Assembly: GCA_963974865.1 (NCBI GenBank) | Contig: CAXBEU010000014.1 | Location: forward strand, 1,825-65,824 | DNA: 64,000 nt | Origin: an uncultured Pseudomonadaceae bacterium | GTDB lineage: Bacteria; Pseudomonadota; Gammaproteobacteria; Pseudomonadales; Pseudomonadaceae | Direction of reading: 5' to 3' | Shown: positions 11,469 through 23,010 of the stretch, one piece after another | Layout of the letters: each line of letters begins with the position of its first letter | Numbering within the stretch: position 1 is the first letter of the stretch | Made by a program: the position numbers and the translations under genes | Notes under the pieces: generated by a model | Database searches by the model: none | Told to the model about the DNA's origin: nothing | What the model saw: only the letters and a program-made list of their open reading frames with translations

Positions 11469-11993
11469 TCAGATGTGCCGACGGCGTCGCAGTTTGCGCT
11501 TCTGCCAGTTGCGCCCCACCCATATTCGCCAATACAACATGGTGCCACCGTAACCGATTGCTCCCAGCACAATGCCCATCAGCAAGGCGCCGAGGAGTAG
11601 CGGCTGCCAGATGTGGTGAATTTCCGACATCAGCCAATTGAAAGACAGTTCCATAGGCATGCTTCGCTCGGGGGCGCCGAGTAGCATGGTGCCGATTTTA
11701 TACTGCGTGAAAAAAACCGCGGGCATGGTAATCGGGTTGGTTAGCCAGACGAGGCCGATGGAGATCGGCAGGTTGGCTCGTAATGGCACTGCGATGGCGG
11801 CTGACAATAGCATCTGCATCGGGATCGGTAACATGGCGACAAACAATCCGACTGCCATGGCCCGTGCGACGCTATGCCGGTTCAGGTGCCATAGGTTCGG
11901 ATCGTGCAGCACCGACCCCATAAAGCGCAGTGATTTATTCTGCTTTATGCGTTCAGGGCTGGGCATGTAGCGTTTCAGAAGCCGACGCGGCAT
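11469..11993 (-). CDS. DUF2062 membrane protein
   Basis: LWHLNRHSVARAMAVGLF...PIPMQM...WLTNPITM pattern; divergent from comEC as in Pseudomonas. Confidence 0.85.
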   Translation of the reverse strand: MPRRLLKRYMPSPERIKQNKSLRFMGSVLHDPNLWHLNRHSVARAMAVGLFVAMLPIPMQMLLSAAIAVPLRANLPISIGLVWLTNPITMPAVFFTQYKIGTMLLGAPERSMPMELSFNWLMSEIHHIWQPLLLGALLMGIVLGAIGYGGTMLYWRIWVGRNWQKRKLRRRRHI

Positions 11994-12083
11994 CGCGAAT
12001 GTTCGATTTGTGAAATGTGCGTCAATTATGCATGGAATGTCAGGGCGACACTACTGCCTGACAGCAAAGGAGGAGCACAGGAC

Positions 12084-14351
12084 GTGTGTTTTTTTTCCGC
12101 TCTGGCTAGCAGATTAATTGCGCTGCTGATGGGGCTTTTACTTCCTCTGGCGTCGTCGTCGCTAAACTCTCTGGTCGGCTTGTTTGCGCTGAGCTGTCTG
12201 CTTCCACTGCTGCTCTTGTACAGACGGTGGGGCCGGCATATCGCGCTGATAGGCGCAGGGTTCATCTGGGCGAGCCTGTTTCATCATCAACAACTGGAGC
12301 AACGCCTGGCGGAGGATCTTGATCTGCAGCGCGTTGTGCTCACAGGCAAGATCCACGGCTTGCCCGAGGCGACCGATACCGGTTGGCGTTTCATGATCAC
12401 CGATGCGCGAATGGTCGATACCGGCGAGCCGCTGCCGCCGATCAGAGCCCACTGGTATGCCGGCGAACAGGTATTTCCTGGCGATTACTGGCAGTTCGAC
12501 GCGCGGCTGAGGCGGCCCAGAGGTATGTCCAATCCTGGCCGCTTTGATTATGAAGCCTGGCTGTATGCCAATGGAATTGGCGCGCTGGGCAGCATCCGCA
12601 GTGGTGTGTCGCTTGAGCTGCCTCAAAGCAAGGGGCCTGCTCCGTTGCGCGATTACCTCAGGCAAAGAGTGCGCGCGGCGCTGGGTGACCGGGCAGATGA
12701 CTCCCGGCTGGCAGCGCTGATAGTCGGCGACCGAAGCGTGTTGAGCAAGGCAGACTGGCAAGTATTGCAGGCCACAGGTACCAGCCATCTTATGGTCATT
12801 TCCGGTTTGCACGTGGGCATGCTGGCTGCTGCCGTATTCGGGCTGGCGGCATTGGCCGGGCGCATCGGCTGGTTGCCTGTACCCTGGCCGCGCATCTGGT
12901 TGGCAGCGCCGCTGGCGATTATCGCCGCAGCTATCTACGCCGGATTGGCAGGCTTTGCTGTGCCGACACAACGGGCCTTGTTGATGGTTTCACTGGTGCT
13001 ACTGGCCCGGCTGATCTATCGCCAGCCGGGGCCCTGGGCCTTCTGGCTAATGGCGTTGTGCGCGGTCACGCTGCTTGATCCGGCTGCGCCTTTGCTTGCG
13101 GGCTTCTGGCTGTCATTCATGGCGGTAGGGCTGCTGATCCTCGGCATGCACGGGCGTTTGCAGCAACGAGGTTTATGGTGGCGCTGGGGCCGCGCGCAAT
13201 GGGTGATTTTTATCGGTCTGTGGCCGTGGTTGTTGCTATGGGGCATGCCGGGCAGTGTCATGGCGCCCCTGGTCAACGTACTGGCGATACCCTGGGTCAG
13301 CCTGGTCGTTGTGCCCGCCGGCCTGCTCGGGACGCTCCTGGAGCTGTTGTTTGGTCTGCCCTGGCTCCTGTTGTTGGCGGATCAGGCGCTGGAGTGGCTG
13401 TTCCAAAGCCTGGCGTGGGCGGCGCAATGGCATATGCCGCACTACCTGGCTTTTCCGGGTTGGCTTAACTGGATGCTGGGCACGCTGGCAGTAGCAGCCT
13501 TGCTCAGCCCACTGGTTAGATTGCTCTGGTTACCTGCGCTGCTATGCCTGCCTGTGCTGCTCTCTACGCCCCAGTCACGTCCTGAGGAAGGGCAGTTATG
13601 GGTCACTGTGCTGGACGTCGGTCAGGGCCTGGCAGCGCTGCTCCAGACTCGGGAGCACAACCTGCTCTATGATGCGGGCGCGCGTATGTCCAGTGGTTTT
13701 GACCTGGGCGAAGCGGTGGTTCATCCAGCGCTGGTTGAACTGGGTGTCGAGCGGCTTGACGCCATGTTGATCAGCCATGCCGACAATGATCATGCGGGCG
13801 GTGCGATGGCGGTGTTCAAACGCCTGCCCGTGGGGGAGGTGCTGGCCGGTCAGCATGAATCCTTGCCGCCGGGCCTGCAGGCCCGGGCGTGCGTTCCCGG
13901 CGAGTCATGGAGCTGGAATGGCATCAGCTTCAGGGTGGTCTACAGTGCTGCACCACCGGCACCCGCCAATGAGCGTTCCTGTGTCCTGCGCGCCGGCCGG
14001 GGCCGCGCGAGTGCACTGCTGCCGGGCGATCTGGGCATTCGCGGGGAATACCAGATGCTCGGTGACGAACTGGATGCCGAGCTTCTGCTGGCGCCTCACC
14101 ACGGTAGTCGCAGCTCTTCTTCATATGCCTTTATCCGTGCAGTAGATCCACGCTGGGTGGTGTTCAGTGCAGGGCATGGCAACGCCTATAATCACCCGCA
14201 TCCAAAGGTTGTGGATCGCTACCGCGAATTGGCGGTGGAACCTGTTTATACTAGCGCCTCGGGTGCCGTGCGCTTCGTGCTGGATGAAGCGCAGGGCAGC
14301 TACTGGAAATGGTCGTGGCGCGACAAGGCCAGACGTTTCTGGCATGAATAA
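12084..14351 (+). CDS. comEC: DNA internalisation competence protein ComEC/Rec2
   Basis: Likely GTG start at 12084 after an aggagga SD. NPGRFDYE, HLMVISGLHVG, GFWLSF, LDVGQG, ISHADNDHAGG (MBL domain), PHHGSRSSSS. Confidence 0.92.
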   Translation: MCFFSALASRLIALLMGLLLPLASSSLNSLVGLFALSCLLPLLLLYRRWGRHIALIGAGFIWASLFHHQQLEQRLAEDLDLQRVVLTGKIHGLPEATDTGWRFMITDARMVDTGEPLPPIRAHWYAGEQVFPGDYWQFDARLRRPRGMSNPGRFDYEAWLYANGIGALGSIRSGVSLELPQSKGPAPLRDYLRQRVRAALGDRADDSRLAALIVGDRSVLSKADWQVLQATGTSHLMVISGLHVGMLAAAVFGLAALAGRIGWLPVPWPRIWLAAPLAIIAAAIYAGLAGFAVPTQRALLMVSLVLLARLIYRQPGPWAFWLMALCAVTLLDPAAPLLAGFWLSFMAVGLLILGMHGRLQQRGLWWRWGRAQWVIFIGLWPWLLLWGMPGSVMAPLVNVLAIPWVSLVVVPAGLLGTLLELLFGLPWLLLLADQALEWLFQSLAWAAQWHMPHYLAFPGWLNWMLGTLAVAALLSPLVRLLWLPALLCLPVLLSTPQSRPEEGQLWVTVLDVGQGLAALLQTREHNLLYDAGARMSSGFDLGEAVVHPALVELGVERLDAMLISHADNDHAGGAMAVFKRLPVGEVLAGQHESLPPGLQARACVPGESWSWNGISFRVVYSAAPPAPANERSCVLRAGRGRASALLPGDLGIRGEYQMLGDELDAELLLAPHHGSRSSSSYAFIRAVDPRWVVFSAGHGNAYNHPHPKVVDRYRELAVEPVYTSASGAVRFVLDEAQGSYWKWSWRDKARRFWHE

Positions 14352-14378
14352 CAAGATTGCGCAGGCGGGCGTATGCCC

Positions 14379-14389
14379 TGTGCTAGAGT
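14379..14389 (+). promoter_or_regulatory. Candidate extended -10 promoter for exbB-exbD-lpxK-ycaR-kdsB-ptp-murB
   Basis: TGTGCTAGAGT (TGn-TAGAGT) about 30 nt upstream of the GTG at 14418. Confidence 0.4.
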
Positions 14390-14417
14390 TAGCCAACATT
14401 TGGGGGAGGGAACGCGT

Positions 14418-15086
14418 GTGTGGGAATTGATCAGTGCGGGCGGCTGGCTGATGCTGCCAATAGTGTTGTTTTCGGTCGTGGCTGTGGCCATCGTGATAGA
14501 GCGTCTGTGGACCCTGCGCAGCAGCCGTGTGGCACCTGCCAGTTTGCTGAGCCAGGTCTGGCGCTGGGTGAAGGACGGCCAGCTTGATGCCGCGAAGCTC
14601 AAGAGCCTGCGCGCTGACTCTCCGCTAGGTGAAATTCTCGCAGCCGGGCTGGCTAACTCGCGCCATGGCCGAGACATCATGAAAGAATGCATTCAGGAAG
14701 CGGCCGGCAAGGTGATCCACGAGCTGGAGCGCTACCTCAATACCCTGGGTACGATCGCGGCCATTGCGCCGCTACTCGGCCTGCTGGGTACGGTGATCGG
14801 CATGATTGACGTCTTCAGTGCCATCATGATTCAGGGTACGGGTAATACCGGCGTGTTGGCAGGCGGTATCTCCAAGGCGCTGATTACCACTGCGGCAGGC
14901 TTGACCGTGGCTATTCCCGCGCTGTTCTTCCATCGCTTCTTTGTACGCCGCGTGGAAGAGCTGGTGATCGCCATGGAGCAGGAAGCGACCAAGCTGGTGG
15001 AAGTCATGCAGGGCAATCGTGAGGTGGAGGGTGCCGAGCAGCCGGTGAAAGTGTCCCATGTCGGCAGCACACGCAAGGGAGCCTGA
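14418..15086 (+). CDS. exbB: MotA/TolQ/ExbB proton channel protein
   Basis: GTG start (VWELISAGGWLM); LGTIAAIAPLLGLLGTVIGMI and GISKALITTAAGL motifs. Confidence 0.9.
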   Translation: MWELISAGGWLMLPIVLFSVVAVAIVIERLWTLRSSRVAPASLLSQVWRWVKDGQLDAAKLKSLRADSPLGEILAAGLANSRHGRDIMKECIQEAAGKVIHELERYLNTLGTIAAIAPLLGLLGTVIGMIDVFSAIMIQGTGNTGVLAGGISKALITTAAGLTVAIPALFFHRFFVRRVEELVIAMEQEATKLVEVMQGNREVEGAEQPVKVSHVGSTRKGA

Positions 15087-15088
15087 CC

Positions 15089-15523
15089 GTGAACTTCCGA
15101 CGCAAAAAAACTGAAGAGGCCAGCGTCAATCTGACGCCCCTGATTGATGTGGTGTTTCTGCTGCTGATCTTCTTTATGGTTTCGACCACCTTCACACGGG
15201 AAACCCAGTTGAAGCTGGATTTGCCCCAGGCCGCCTCGGGTGAGCAGATTGACAGCAGCGATGCCCAGCAGATCGAGCTGATCATCTCCGCTTCGGGCGA
15301 TATCGCGGTTAACGGCATGGCCCTGGCGGCCACGTCACTGGACAGCCTGAAGACCGCCTTGCAGCGTGAATCCGCAGGTGACAACAGCTTGCCGCTGATC
15401 ATCACTGCCGATGCGCAAACGCCGCACCAGGCAGTGATTCTGGCCATGGACGCGGCGGGCCAATTGGGCTTCTCCCGGCTGCGGCTCACCACCAGTGAGC
15501 TGGAGGCGGGCGACAGTCAGTGA
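15089..15523 (+). CDS. exbD: ExbD/TolR family protein
   Basis: VNLTPLIDVVFLLLIFFMV; ITADAQTPHQAVILAMDAAGQLGF. Confidence 0.9.
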   Translation: MNFRRKKTEEASVNLTPLIDVVFLLLIFFMVSTTFTRETQLKLDLPQAASGEQIDSSDAQQIELIISASGDIAVNGMALAATSLDSLKTALQRESAGDNSLPLIITADAQTPHQAVILAMDAAGQLGFSRLRLTTSELEAGDSQ

Positions 15524-16533
15524 GCGGCTTCTCTCTGGAACAGTTCGTGTTGCGGGCCTGGTATAAACCTAGCCCGTGGCTGAAACTGCTGAGACCGCTC
15601 TCTGCACTCTACGCCGGAATTGCTAGCCGTCGCCGCAATGCATTTCTCTCCGACCCGTCGAAGGTATGGACGGCCCCGGTGCCGGTTATTGTCGTGGGCA
15701 ATATCACCCTTGGCGGTACCGGTAAAACCCCCATGTGCATCTGGCTTATCGACTACCTCAAAGCGCGCGGTTTGCGTCCTGGTCTGATCAGCCGTGGTTA
15801 TGGGGCGAGCAGGGCGGGCGGATTCCCCCATCTGATTGCGCCGCTGATGGACCAGCCTGGCGACGTCGGGGACGAGCCATTACTGATCGCCCGGCGCTGC
15901 AAGGTGCCTGTGGTTATCGACCCTGATCGGCCAGCCGCCGCGAGGCATCTGCTGGCCAGCGCGGAGGTGGATGTGATCATCAGCGACGATGGTTTGCAGC
16001 ATTATGCGCTCGGTCGGGATGTGGAAATTCTGATGATTGACGCGTCGCGCGGCTTGGGTAATGCCCGCTGTCTGCCGGAAGGGCCGCTGCGCGAGCCCGT
16101 GCAGCGCATGGGCTCAGTCGATCTGGTCGTCAGCAATGGCTTGGCCGCCGACGAAACAGGTGTGTTTGCCATGACGCTGACCCCGACCGCATTCGTCAAC
16201 CTGTGTACTGGTGAGCGAGTGACGCCGGCGCAGTGGCGGAGCGGCCTAGACGTGGAAGCGATTGCCGGGATCGGCAATCCACAACGTTTTTTTCGCACCC
16301 TGGAAGGGTTATCCTTGCGCCCTACCGGGCACGCCTTTGCGGACCACGCGGCCTTCGGGCTGGATAGTTTTGCCGTTTGTGATCCGGCCAAGCCGCTGAT
16401 CATGACCGAAAAGGACGCCATCAAATGTGCCGGGTTTGCCCAGGCCAACTGGTGGTATCTGAGTATTGATGCATCGCTGGGCGATGCCTTTGTTTCAGCT
16501 CTGCAGCAGCGTCTCGATAGCAGGCAGCGATAA
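15520..16533 (+). CDS. lpxK: Tetraacyldisaccharide 4'-kinase
   Basis: [50 protein letters not shown]. Confidence 0.96.
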   Translation: MSGFSLEQFVLRAWYKPSPWLKLLRPLSALYAGIASRRRNAFLSDPSKVWTAPVPVIVVGNITLGGTGKTPMCIWLIDYLKARGLRPGLISRGYGASRAGGFPHLIAPLMDQPGDVGDEPLLIARRCKVPVVIDPDRPAAARHLLASAEVDVIISDDGLQHYALGRDVEILMIDASRGLGNARCLPEGPLREPVQRMGSVDLVVSNGLAADETGVFAMTLTPTAFVNLCTGERVTPAQWRSGLDVEAIAGIGNPQRFFRTLEGLSLRPTGHAFADHAAFGLDSFAVCDPAKPLIMTEKDAIKCAGFAQANWWYLSIDASLGDAFVSALQQRLDSRQR

Positions 16534-16574
16534 CGCTGTTGCACCAAGCCCCCATTGTTTTCAGGAGTCATCAG

Positions 16575-16760
16575 ATGGATCCCAAACTGTTAGATATTCT
16601 AGCCTGCCCGTTGTGCAAGGGGCCCCTGGTTCAAAACGCGGACAAGACCGAGTTATGGTGCCGTGCCGACGGCCTGGCATTCCCTGTGCGCGACGGCATA
16701 CCGGTGATGCTGGAGCATGAGGCAAGAGCCCTTGACGCTGACGAGCGGTTGGATCGCTGA
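16575..16760 (+). CDS. ycaR: Trm112-like protein (UPF0434/YcaR)
   Basis: [18 protein letters not shown]...[16 protein letters not shown], with a caggag SD upstream. Confidence 0.9.
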   Translation: MDPKLLDILACPLCKGPLVQNADKTELWCRADGLAFPVRDGIPVMLEHEARALDADERLDR

Positions 16761-16762
16761 TC

Positions 16763-17521
16763 ATGTTTCACGTCATCATTCCTGCGCGTTTCGCGTCCAC
16801 GCGGTTGCCTGGCAAGCCCTTGCTGGATATCGCCGGCAAACCGATGATTCAGCACGTCTGGCAGCAGGCGTGCAAAAGTCAGGCGGCCAGTGTCACGGTC
16901 GCCACTGATGATCAACGTATTGCCGACGCCTGTCATGGGTTCGGCGCGCAGGTGGTACTGACCCGCGCAGACCATCCCTCGGGTACCGATCGGCTGCAGG
17001 AAGTCGTCAGCCAGCTCGGGTTGCAGGCGGACGCCTGCGTAGTGAATGTGCAAGGTGACGAGCCACTTATTCCGCCGGCGCTGATCAATCAGGTGGCCGG
17101 GAATCTGCTGGCCTATCCCGAAGCCAGCATGGCCACTCTGGCGGAGCCGCTTGAGGATCTGCAAAGTCTGTTCAATCCCAATGTGGTCAAGCTGGTGACC
17201 GATCACCAGGGCTTCGCACTGTATTTCAGTCGTGCTCCCATGCCCTGGTGCCGCGATGCTTTTGCGCTGGAGCCCAAGACCTTGCCAGCCGACACGCCGT
17301 TTCGCCGTCACATTGGCCTTTACGCATACAAGGTCAGTTTTCTTCACGACTACGTGACCTGGCCGCCAAGCCCGCTTGAGCAAGCCGAAAGCCTTGAGCA
17401 ACTGCGCGCCCTGTGGTTTGGCTGCCGCATCCAGGTGGCCGATGCCTGTGAGGCGCCGCCCGCCGGAGTGGACACGCAGCTGGATCTGGATCGGGTGCGG
17501 GCATTGCTGGGGGCGTCATGA
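16763..17521 (+). CDS. kdsB: 3-deoxy-manno-octulosonate cytidylyltransferase
   Basis: [41 protein letters not shown]. Confidence 0.97.
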   Translation: MFHVIIPARFASTRLPGKPLLDIAGKPMIQHVWQQACKSQAASVTVATDDQRIADACHGFGAQVVLTRADHPSGTDRLQEVVSQLGLQADACVVNVQGDEPLIPPALINQVAGNLLAYPEASMATLAEPLEDLQSLFNPNVVKLVTDHQGFALYFSRAPMPWCRDAFALEPKTLPADTPFRRHIGLYAYKVSFLHDYVTWPPSPLEQAESLEQLRALWFGCRIQVADACEAPPAGVDTQLDLDRVRALLGAS

Positions 17522-17979
17522 CCCGGATTCTGTTCGTCTGCCTGGGTAATATCTGCCGATCGCCTAGTGCCGAGGGCGTGTTCGCCAGCTGCTTGCAGCA
17601 AAGCGCCCTGGCGCAGCAAGTGCAGATTGATTCCGCCGGAACGGGTGGCTATCACACCGGCGAACCGCCTGATCGAAGGGCAACGGCCGCGGCGCTGAAG
17701 CGTGGCTATGATCTGCGCGCTCAGCGTGCACGCGCGGTCGCTGACGAGGACTTTTCCCGCTTTGATCTCATTCTCGCGATGGATCAAAGCAATCTGGACA
17801 ACCTGCGCGCCCGCGCCCCGGCGAATGCCAAGGCGCAGGTGGGCTTGTTCATGGCGTTCGCCCCAGGCTGGTCGGCGGAAGTGCCGGACCCGTATTACGG
17901 TGGCGATGATGGCTTTGAGCAGGTACTGGATATGCTTGAAGCGGCCAGTGCCGGCTTGCTCGAGCATCTGGCGAAATGA
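17518..17979 (+). CDS. Low-molecular-weight protein-tyrosine phosphatase
   Basis: [11 protein letters not shown] active site; VPDPYYGG. Confidence 0.95.
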   Translation: MTRILFVCLGNICRSPSAEGVFASCLQQSALAQQVQIDSAGTGGYHTGEPPDRRATAAALKRGYDLRAQRARAVADEDFSRFDLILAMDQSNLDNLRARAPANAKAQVGLFMAFAPGWSAEVPDPYYGGDDGFEQVLDMLEAASAGLLEHLAK

Positions 17980-19001
17980 CCATCCTTAACCTGATCGAAA
18001 ACGCTGATCTGCGGCCGCTCAATACTTTGGGCATCAGCGAACAGGCACGCCGTCTGGCGTACGTGGAAACCGACGCTGAGCTGCGCGCAGCCCTGAGTCT
18101 GGCGCATACGCACGGTTGGCCGATTACATTGCTGGGCGGTGGCAGCAATGTGGTGGTCGCGGGCCCGCTGGAGGGGTTGGTGATTGTCATGCGCGGCCGT
18201 GGTCGGCGTATTGTTGAGCGTGGCCCGGCCGCTGTGATTATCGAGGGTGAGGCGGGTGAGGGTTGGCATGCACTGGTCAGCTGGACCCTGGATCAGGGGC
18301 TGTCAGGCCTGGAGAACCTCTCTCTTATCCCTGGGACTCTGGGCGCAGCGCCAGTGCAGAATATTGGTGCCTATGGTGTTGAGCTAAAGGACAGTTTCGA
18401 CAGCCTCGAGGCACTGGACCGGGAAACTGGCCAGGTGCTGCGCTTCAGTCGCGAGGAGTGTCAATTTGCTTACCGTGATTCCCTGTTCAAACGCTCTGCA
18501 GGGCGTTATGTGATTCTTCGAGTCCGTCTGCGCCTGCAGCCGCGTCCGGTGTTGAATGTCGAGTACGCACCCCTGGGTGCGGCGTGGCAGGCAACCGGAC
18601 TGCAGCGTCCAGATGCGCGGGTGGTCAGCGCCCTGGTGTGTCAGATTCGCAGCAGTAAATTACCTGATCCTGCGAAGCTGGGTAATGCGGGTAGTTTTTT
18701 CAAGAACCCACTGATATCGGCTACCCAGTTGCAGACACTGCTCGTTGATTATCCAAGCTTGCCGCATTACCCCCAGACTGATGGGCAGTACAAGGTGGCG
18801 GCGGGATGGTTGATCGAGAAGGCTGGCTGGAAAGGTTATCGAGCCGGGAATGTAGGCGTGCACAGTGAGCAGGCCCTGGTGCTGGTCAATTTTGGCGCAG
18901 CGCGGGGGAGGGAAGTACTGGCCCTCGCGGAGCAGATCAGGCAAGACGTGGCTACACGTTTCGGACTGGAACTGGAAATGGAGCCGCAGCAGATCGGTTA
19001 G
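17976..19001 (+). CDS. murB: UDP-N-acetylmuramate dehydrogenase
   Basis: LGGGSN, GLENLSLIPGTLGAAPVQNIGAYG, FAYRDSLFK, GNAGSFFKNP, HSEQALVLVN. Confidence 0.97.
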   Translation: MTILNLIENADLRPLNTLGISEQARRLAYVETDAELRAALSLAHTHGWPITLLGGGSNVVVAGPLEGLVIVMRGRGRRIVERGPAAVIIEGEAGEGWHALVSWTLDQGLSGLENLSLIPGTLGAAPVQNIGAYGVELKDSFDSLEALDRETGQVLRFSREECQFAYRDSLFKRSAGRYVILRVRLRLQPRPVLNVEYAPLGAAWQATGLQRPDARVVSALVCQIRSSKLPDPAKLGNAGSFFKNPLISATQLQTLLVDYPSLPHYPQTDGQYKVAAGWLIEKAGWKGYRAGNVGVHSEQALVLVNFGAARGREVLALAEQIRQDVATRFGLELEMEPQQIG

Positions 19002-19075
19002 AGCTGCCGGCGATGTTCTGGCTCTGGCACAGCGGACGCTGTTTCAAGGATCTTATTTCAACGAACCGCGAGCAT

Positions 19076-19107
19076 AAAAAAGGGGATGCGCAAGCATCCC
19101 CTTTTTT
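19076..19107. terminator. Bidirectional intrinsic terminator murB/rne
   Basis: aaaaaa-ggggatgc-gcaa-gcatcccc-tttttt: perfect stem with A and T tracts between convergent genes. Confidence 0.9.
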
Positions 19108-19121
19108 AGTACCAAACCTGC

Positions 19122-22100
19122 TTAGCGCGGGTTCTTGTCGGCATCCTCAGGTGAGTCGTCCTGCACTTCACCCTCGGTACTCTTTACCTCGTCCTTCTCT
19201 TCAGCGTCGGCCTCGGGCTCGATTGCCAGCGCAGTCTGCTCCGGTACAAAGGCCTCGCGTGGCGCTTGCTGTACCTGCAGCGCAGCGACCTCTGCAGGTT
19301 CGGCTTCGGTAGCCAACGCAGGCTCGGCGGCGTCATCTTGCTCGACGACGCTCTGAGTCTCAGCCTTGGCTTCTGGCTCGGGCTGAGGCGCGGCTTGCTC
19401 GGCTTCAGCCTGCTCGGCCAGGCGCTTGGCCTCAAGCTGACGACGGCGGATTTCCCGCGGATCGTTATAGGCACGGCCACTTTCGGTCACCTGGGGAGCA
19501 GGTTCAGCGGGTGTTTCGCTGACGGCTTCCTTGGCGGCTTCAGCAACTGCTTCCACGACTGTCTCGGGCTCAGGCTGATCAACGTGGGCCACTGGCGTTT
19601 CCACAATAGTGGGTTGCGTGGTGGTTTCGTTAACAGACTGAGTAACGGGCGTGACCGTTTCCGTGGTTTGCGTTGTTTCCGCACGTTCAACCGCGGTAGG
19701 GGCTGTGTCTTCAACCTGTGACTCCGCTACGGCTTCGGCCTTGGCTTCAGGCGCTTGCGGAGCTTCAGTGACTTCTTCAACGCGCTCGGCGCTCACCTCA
19801 GCATCTTGCTGATCGCTGGGTTGGGCGTGACTGAATGCCTGCACCGCATGTTCGATCGATGCTTCCAGATCGGCAGCAGCCTGGGTCAGGCCAGCTTCTA
19901 CCGGCGTGCTGATGTCACTGACGTTGGCTTCAGTACTCTCTGCACGCGGCTGGTCATTCTGCTCAGGCAGTGCAGTGGTAGCTGCGACGGCTGCGACGGC
20001 GGCAACAGGTGCTGAACTCTGCTGAGTATCGGCGCTTGGCTGCGTACCTTGCTCGGAGCTCTGCTCGCCATCTGCATTCAGGTTTTCTTCCTGATTGACC
20101 CGGCTACGGCGATTGTTGCGACGACGCTGGCTGTTGCGCGAACGGCGCTTGGGGCGCTCGCCCTCGGTGCCTTCATCAGTCACTTCCTGAGATACCTGCT
20201 CAAGATCGGAGATCTCTTCGCTGGCGAGCTTCTCTTCACTGCGACGCGGGCGACGTTCCGCCGGCGCATCGTTCTGAATAGCAGCATTGGCTTCCTGATT
20301 GCTCTGACGAGCTTCACTGCTGACTTCGGCTGGGCCACGGCGGCGGCGGCGCGTGGTCGGCGCTTCGGCGGAAGGGCTGCTGTCGGTTGCAGCGGCGACA
20401 GGCGGGAGGTCACGTTTCTCGACCTGCTGCTCGTTACGCGGCGCCTGCGGCTTGCGCTCGGGGCGCTCGCTACGCTCTGGCTTGTCGGCACGTTCACTGC
20501 GTTCGGGGCGCTCAGCGCGGTCAGTGCGCTCGGTCTTTTCCGCGCGCTCAGGGCGGTCGCTACGCTCGTTGCGTGGGCGGCGATTGCGGTTGTTGCGACG
20601 CTCGTCGTTACGCTTGTTGTCGCGATTGGCAGGGCGGCTTTCAGTCTTGGCTTCCGGCTTGCTGGCTTCAGCATTGGCGGGCTGCTCGTCACTGGCGAAC
20701 AGGCTGACCAGTGATTTGATCAGGCCTTTGAAGATGCCTGGCTGGGCTTCCTGAATGACTTGCGCTGCAGCTGCAACCGGGGTTGGCGCAGGGCGCGAAG
20801 GCGCGATGGTCTTGACCGCTGCTTCTTGACGCACAATCGCCTTGGTCTGGCTGACCGGCGTTGGCTCTTCAGCAACAATGTCGCTGCTCATGGTGTAACT
20901 GGTTTCACCGTTGAGCACGGACTCGTGATCATCACGCAGGCGCTGCACATCGAAGTGCGGCGTTTCCATGTGTTCGCTAGGCAGGATCAACAGGCGGACC
21001 TTGGTACGCTCTTCGGTCTTGGCCAGTGCGTCACGCTTTTCGTTGAGCAGGAAAGTCGCTACAGCGATAGGCACGTGGGCACGTACTTCAGCGGTACGTT
21101 CCTTGAGTGCTTCCTCTTCGATCAGGCGCAGTACAGAAAGAGACAGGGATTCAACGTCGCGGATGGTGCCACGGCCATTACAGCGCGGGCAGACGATGCC
21201 GCTGGTTTCACCCAGAGACGGACGCAGGCGCTGACGGGACATTTCCAGCAGACCAAAGCGCGAGATACGGCCTACCTGTACGCGGGCACGGTCTGCTTCC
21301 AGGCTTTCCTTGACGCGTTCTTCCACGGCGCGCTGATTCTTCGCCGGGGTCATGTCGATAAAGTCGATAACAATCAGGCCACCGATATCACGCAGGCGCA
21401 ACTGGCGGGCGATTTCTTCAGCCGCTTCCAGGTTGGTCTGCAGCGCGGTTTCCTCGATATCGCTGCCCTTGGTGGCGCGCGAGGAGTTGATGTCGACTGA
21501 CACCAGCGCTTCGGTATGGTCGATGACGATGGAACCGCCGGAGGGCAGTTTCACTTCACGTTCAAAGGCGGTTTCAATCTGGCTTTCGATCTGGAAGCGA
21601 TTGAACAGCGGCACGGTGTCTTCATAGAGTTTGACCTTGCTCGCGTACTGCGGCATGACCTGACTGATGAAGTTCAGTGCTTCTTCCTTGACCGTTTCGC
21701 TGTCGATCAGCACTTCGCCGATGTCCTGGCGTAGATAGTCGCGGATCGCACGGATGATGACGTTGCTTTCCTGATAGATCAGGAACGGGGAGGGGCGCTC
21801 GGTGGAGGCGCCTTTGATCGCGCCCCAGAGTTGCAGCAGGTAATCCAGATCCCATTGCAGTTCTTCGGCGCTGCGACCCAGACCAGCAGTGCGCACGATC
21901 ATGCCCATATCGGCAGGCACGTTCAGGCTGTTGATGGCCTCGCGCAGGTCATTGCGCTCGTCGCCTTCGATGCGGCGGGAAATGCCGCCGGCACGGGGGT
22001 TGTTAGGCATCAGTACCAGGTAGCGGCCAGCCAGGCTGATAAAGGTAGTCAGGGCAGCGCCTTTATTGCCGCGCTCTTCCTTGTCTACCTGAACAATGAC

Positions 22101-22391
22101 TTCCTGGCCTTCGCGCAATACTTCCTTGATGTTGACGCGGCCTTCAGGCTGCTTGGAGAAGTATTCGCGGGAGATTTCCTTGAGGGGGAGAAAGCCGTGG
22201 CGATCTGAACCGAAGTCGACAAACGCGGCTTCGAGGCTAGGCTCGACCCGGGTGATCCTGCCTTTATAGATGTTGGCTTTCTTCTGTTCACGGGCTCCGG
22301 ATTCAATATCCAGATCGTACAGGCGCTGGCCATCTACCAGGGCGACGCGCAACTCTTCGGGTTGAGTTGCGTTGATCAGCATTCTTTTCAT
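19122..22391 (-). CDS. rne: Ribonuclease E
   Basis: Start [22 protein letters not shown] at 22391. S1 domain, [20 protein letters not shown], Zn-link CPRCNG, amphipathic [14 protein letters not shown], long Arg/acidic disordered tail with NDPR. Confidence 0.98.
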   Translation of the reverse strand: MKRMLINATQPEELRVALVDGQRLYDLDIESGAREQKKANIYKGRITRVEPSLEAAFVDFGSDRHGFLPLKEISREYFSKQPEGRVNIKEVLREGQEVIVQVDKEERGNKGAALTTFISLAGRYLVLMPNNPRAGGISRRIEGDERNDLREAINSLNVPADMGMIVRTAGLGRSAEELQWDLDYLLQLWGAIKGASTERPSPFLIYQESNVIIRAIRDYLRQDIGEVLIDSETVKEEALNFISQVMPQYASKVKLYEDTVPLFNRFQIESQIETAFEREVKLPSGGSIVIDHTEALVSVDINSSRATKGSDIEETALQTNLEAAEEIARQLRLRDIGGLIVIDFIDMTPAKNQRAVEERVKESLEADRARVQVGRISRFGLLEMSRQRLRPSLGETSGIVCPRCNGRGTIRDVESLSLSVLRLIEEEALKERTAEVRAHVPIAVATFLLNEKRDALAKTEERTKVRLLILPSEHMETPHFDVQRLRDDHESVLNGETSYTMSSDIVAEEPTPVSQTKAIVRQEAAVKTIAPSRPAPTPVAAAAQVIQEAQPGIFKGLIKSLVSLFASDEQPANAEASKPEAKTESRPANRDNKRNDERRNNRNRRPRNERSDRPERAEKTERTDRAERPERSERADKPERSERPERKPQAPRNEQQVEKRDLPPVAAATDSSPSAEAPTTRRRRRGPAEVSSEARQSNQEANAAIQNDAPAERRPRRSEEKLASEEISDLEQVSQEVTDEGTEGERPKRRSRNSQRRRNNRRSRVNQEENLNADGEQSSEQGTQPSADTQQSSAPVAAVAAVAATTALPEQNDQPRAESTEANVSDISTPVEAGLTQAAADLEASIEHAVQAFSHAQPSDQQDAEVSAERVEEVTEAPQAPEAKAEAVAESQVEDTAPTAVERAETTQTTETVTPVTQSVNETTTQPTIVETPVAHVDQPEPETVVEAVAEAAKEAVSETPAEPAPQVTESGRAYNDPREIRRRQLEAKRLAEQAEAEQAAPQPEPEAKAETQSVVEQDDAAEPALATEAEPAEVAALQVQQAPREAFVPEQTALAIEPEADAEEKDEVKSTEGEVQDDSPEDADKNPR

Positions 22392-23004
22392 GAAGTACCG
22401 TTGTGTTTCCAGTGCTCCCGGATTACACAATGACGGCACCTGCGACTCTTATGTCAGGTGTCAGGCGTGTTTCTGCTTGGGCCAACCTTGCCCTTGTTCA
22501 GAGCCTTCATCTCAGCCTGGGCGGTGATGACTGCGTCTGTCTACGGCGAGTACAGAGAAACTGTTTCAGAGAACCTTCAAAGACGGGCTGGCGTGATTCT
22601 GTCACAGCACTGCCTGGTGAAAAATCCACGCCAGAGGTGCCGGCAGCGAATTGTGTTTTACCACCTGCAGAGGATCAGATCGCCTGCTGGCATGTTCAAA
22701 GGTTCCTTCGGGAGGAATCAGCCGGACTGGGAACGGGGACACATAAATGGCACGTATCAACGCTCGTCACATGATCCTGAAGCTGTGCATCTCCACCTAA
22801 CACATACCCATCTTAATCGGGTGCCGCTCATCGTCTTGCGGGGAGCGGGTTTATATTCTGGCTGCCACATGGCAACCAGTGTGTCGATCAATAAGGCCGC
22901 CTGGCAAACTGTTCAATAGCCTGGCGAGGCCTCTATATCGGTGTTTCTGGGGGCTGCGGCATGGTCTTGCGCTAGCGGTATCCCCGGCTGCCTGTTACGC
23001 AGCT
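22392..23004 (-). ncRNA. Long rne 5' leader, candidate rne-II-type cis-regulatory RNA
   Basis: About 610 nt between the predicted TSS and the rne ATG, with no credible CDS. The rne-II motif is described in Pseudomonadaceae rne leaders; no covariance search was run. Confidence 0.45.
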
Positions 23005-23010
23005 CGTCCG

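Noticed and set aside
15089-16533. msbA missing before lpxK
   Set aside because: The exbB-exbD-lpxK order is the normal Pseudomonas arrangement.
19300-20620. Low-complexity repeats suggesting a tandem array or mobile element
   Set aside because: They encode the disordered RNase E tail in frame.
22458-22919. Plus-strand ORFs of 123-153 aa within the rne-rluC gap
   Set aside because: No SD or motifs and atypical composition; the region is better explained as the rne leader.
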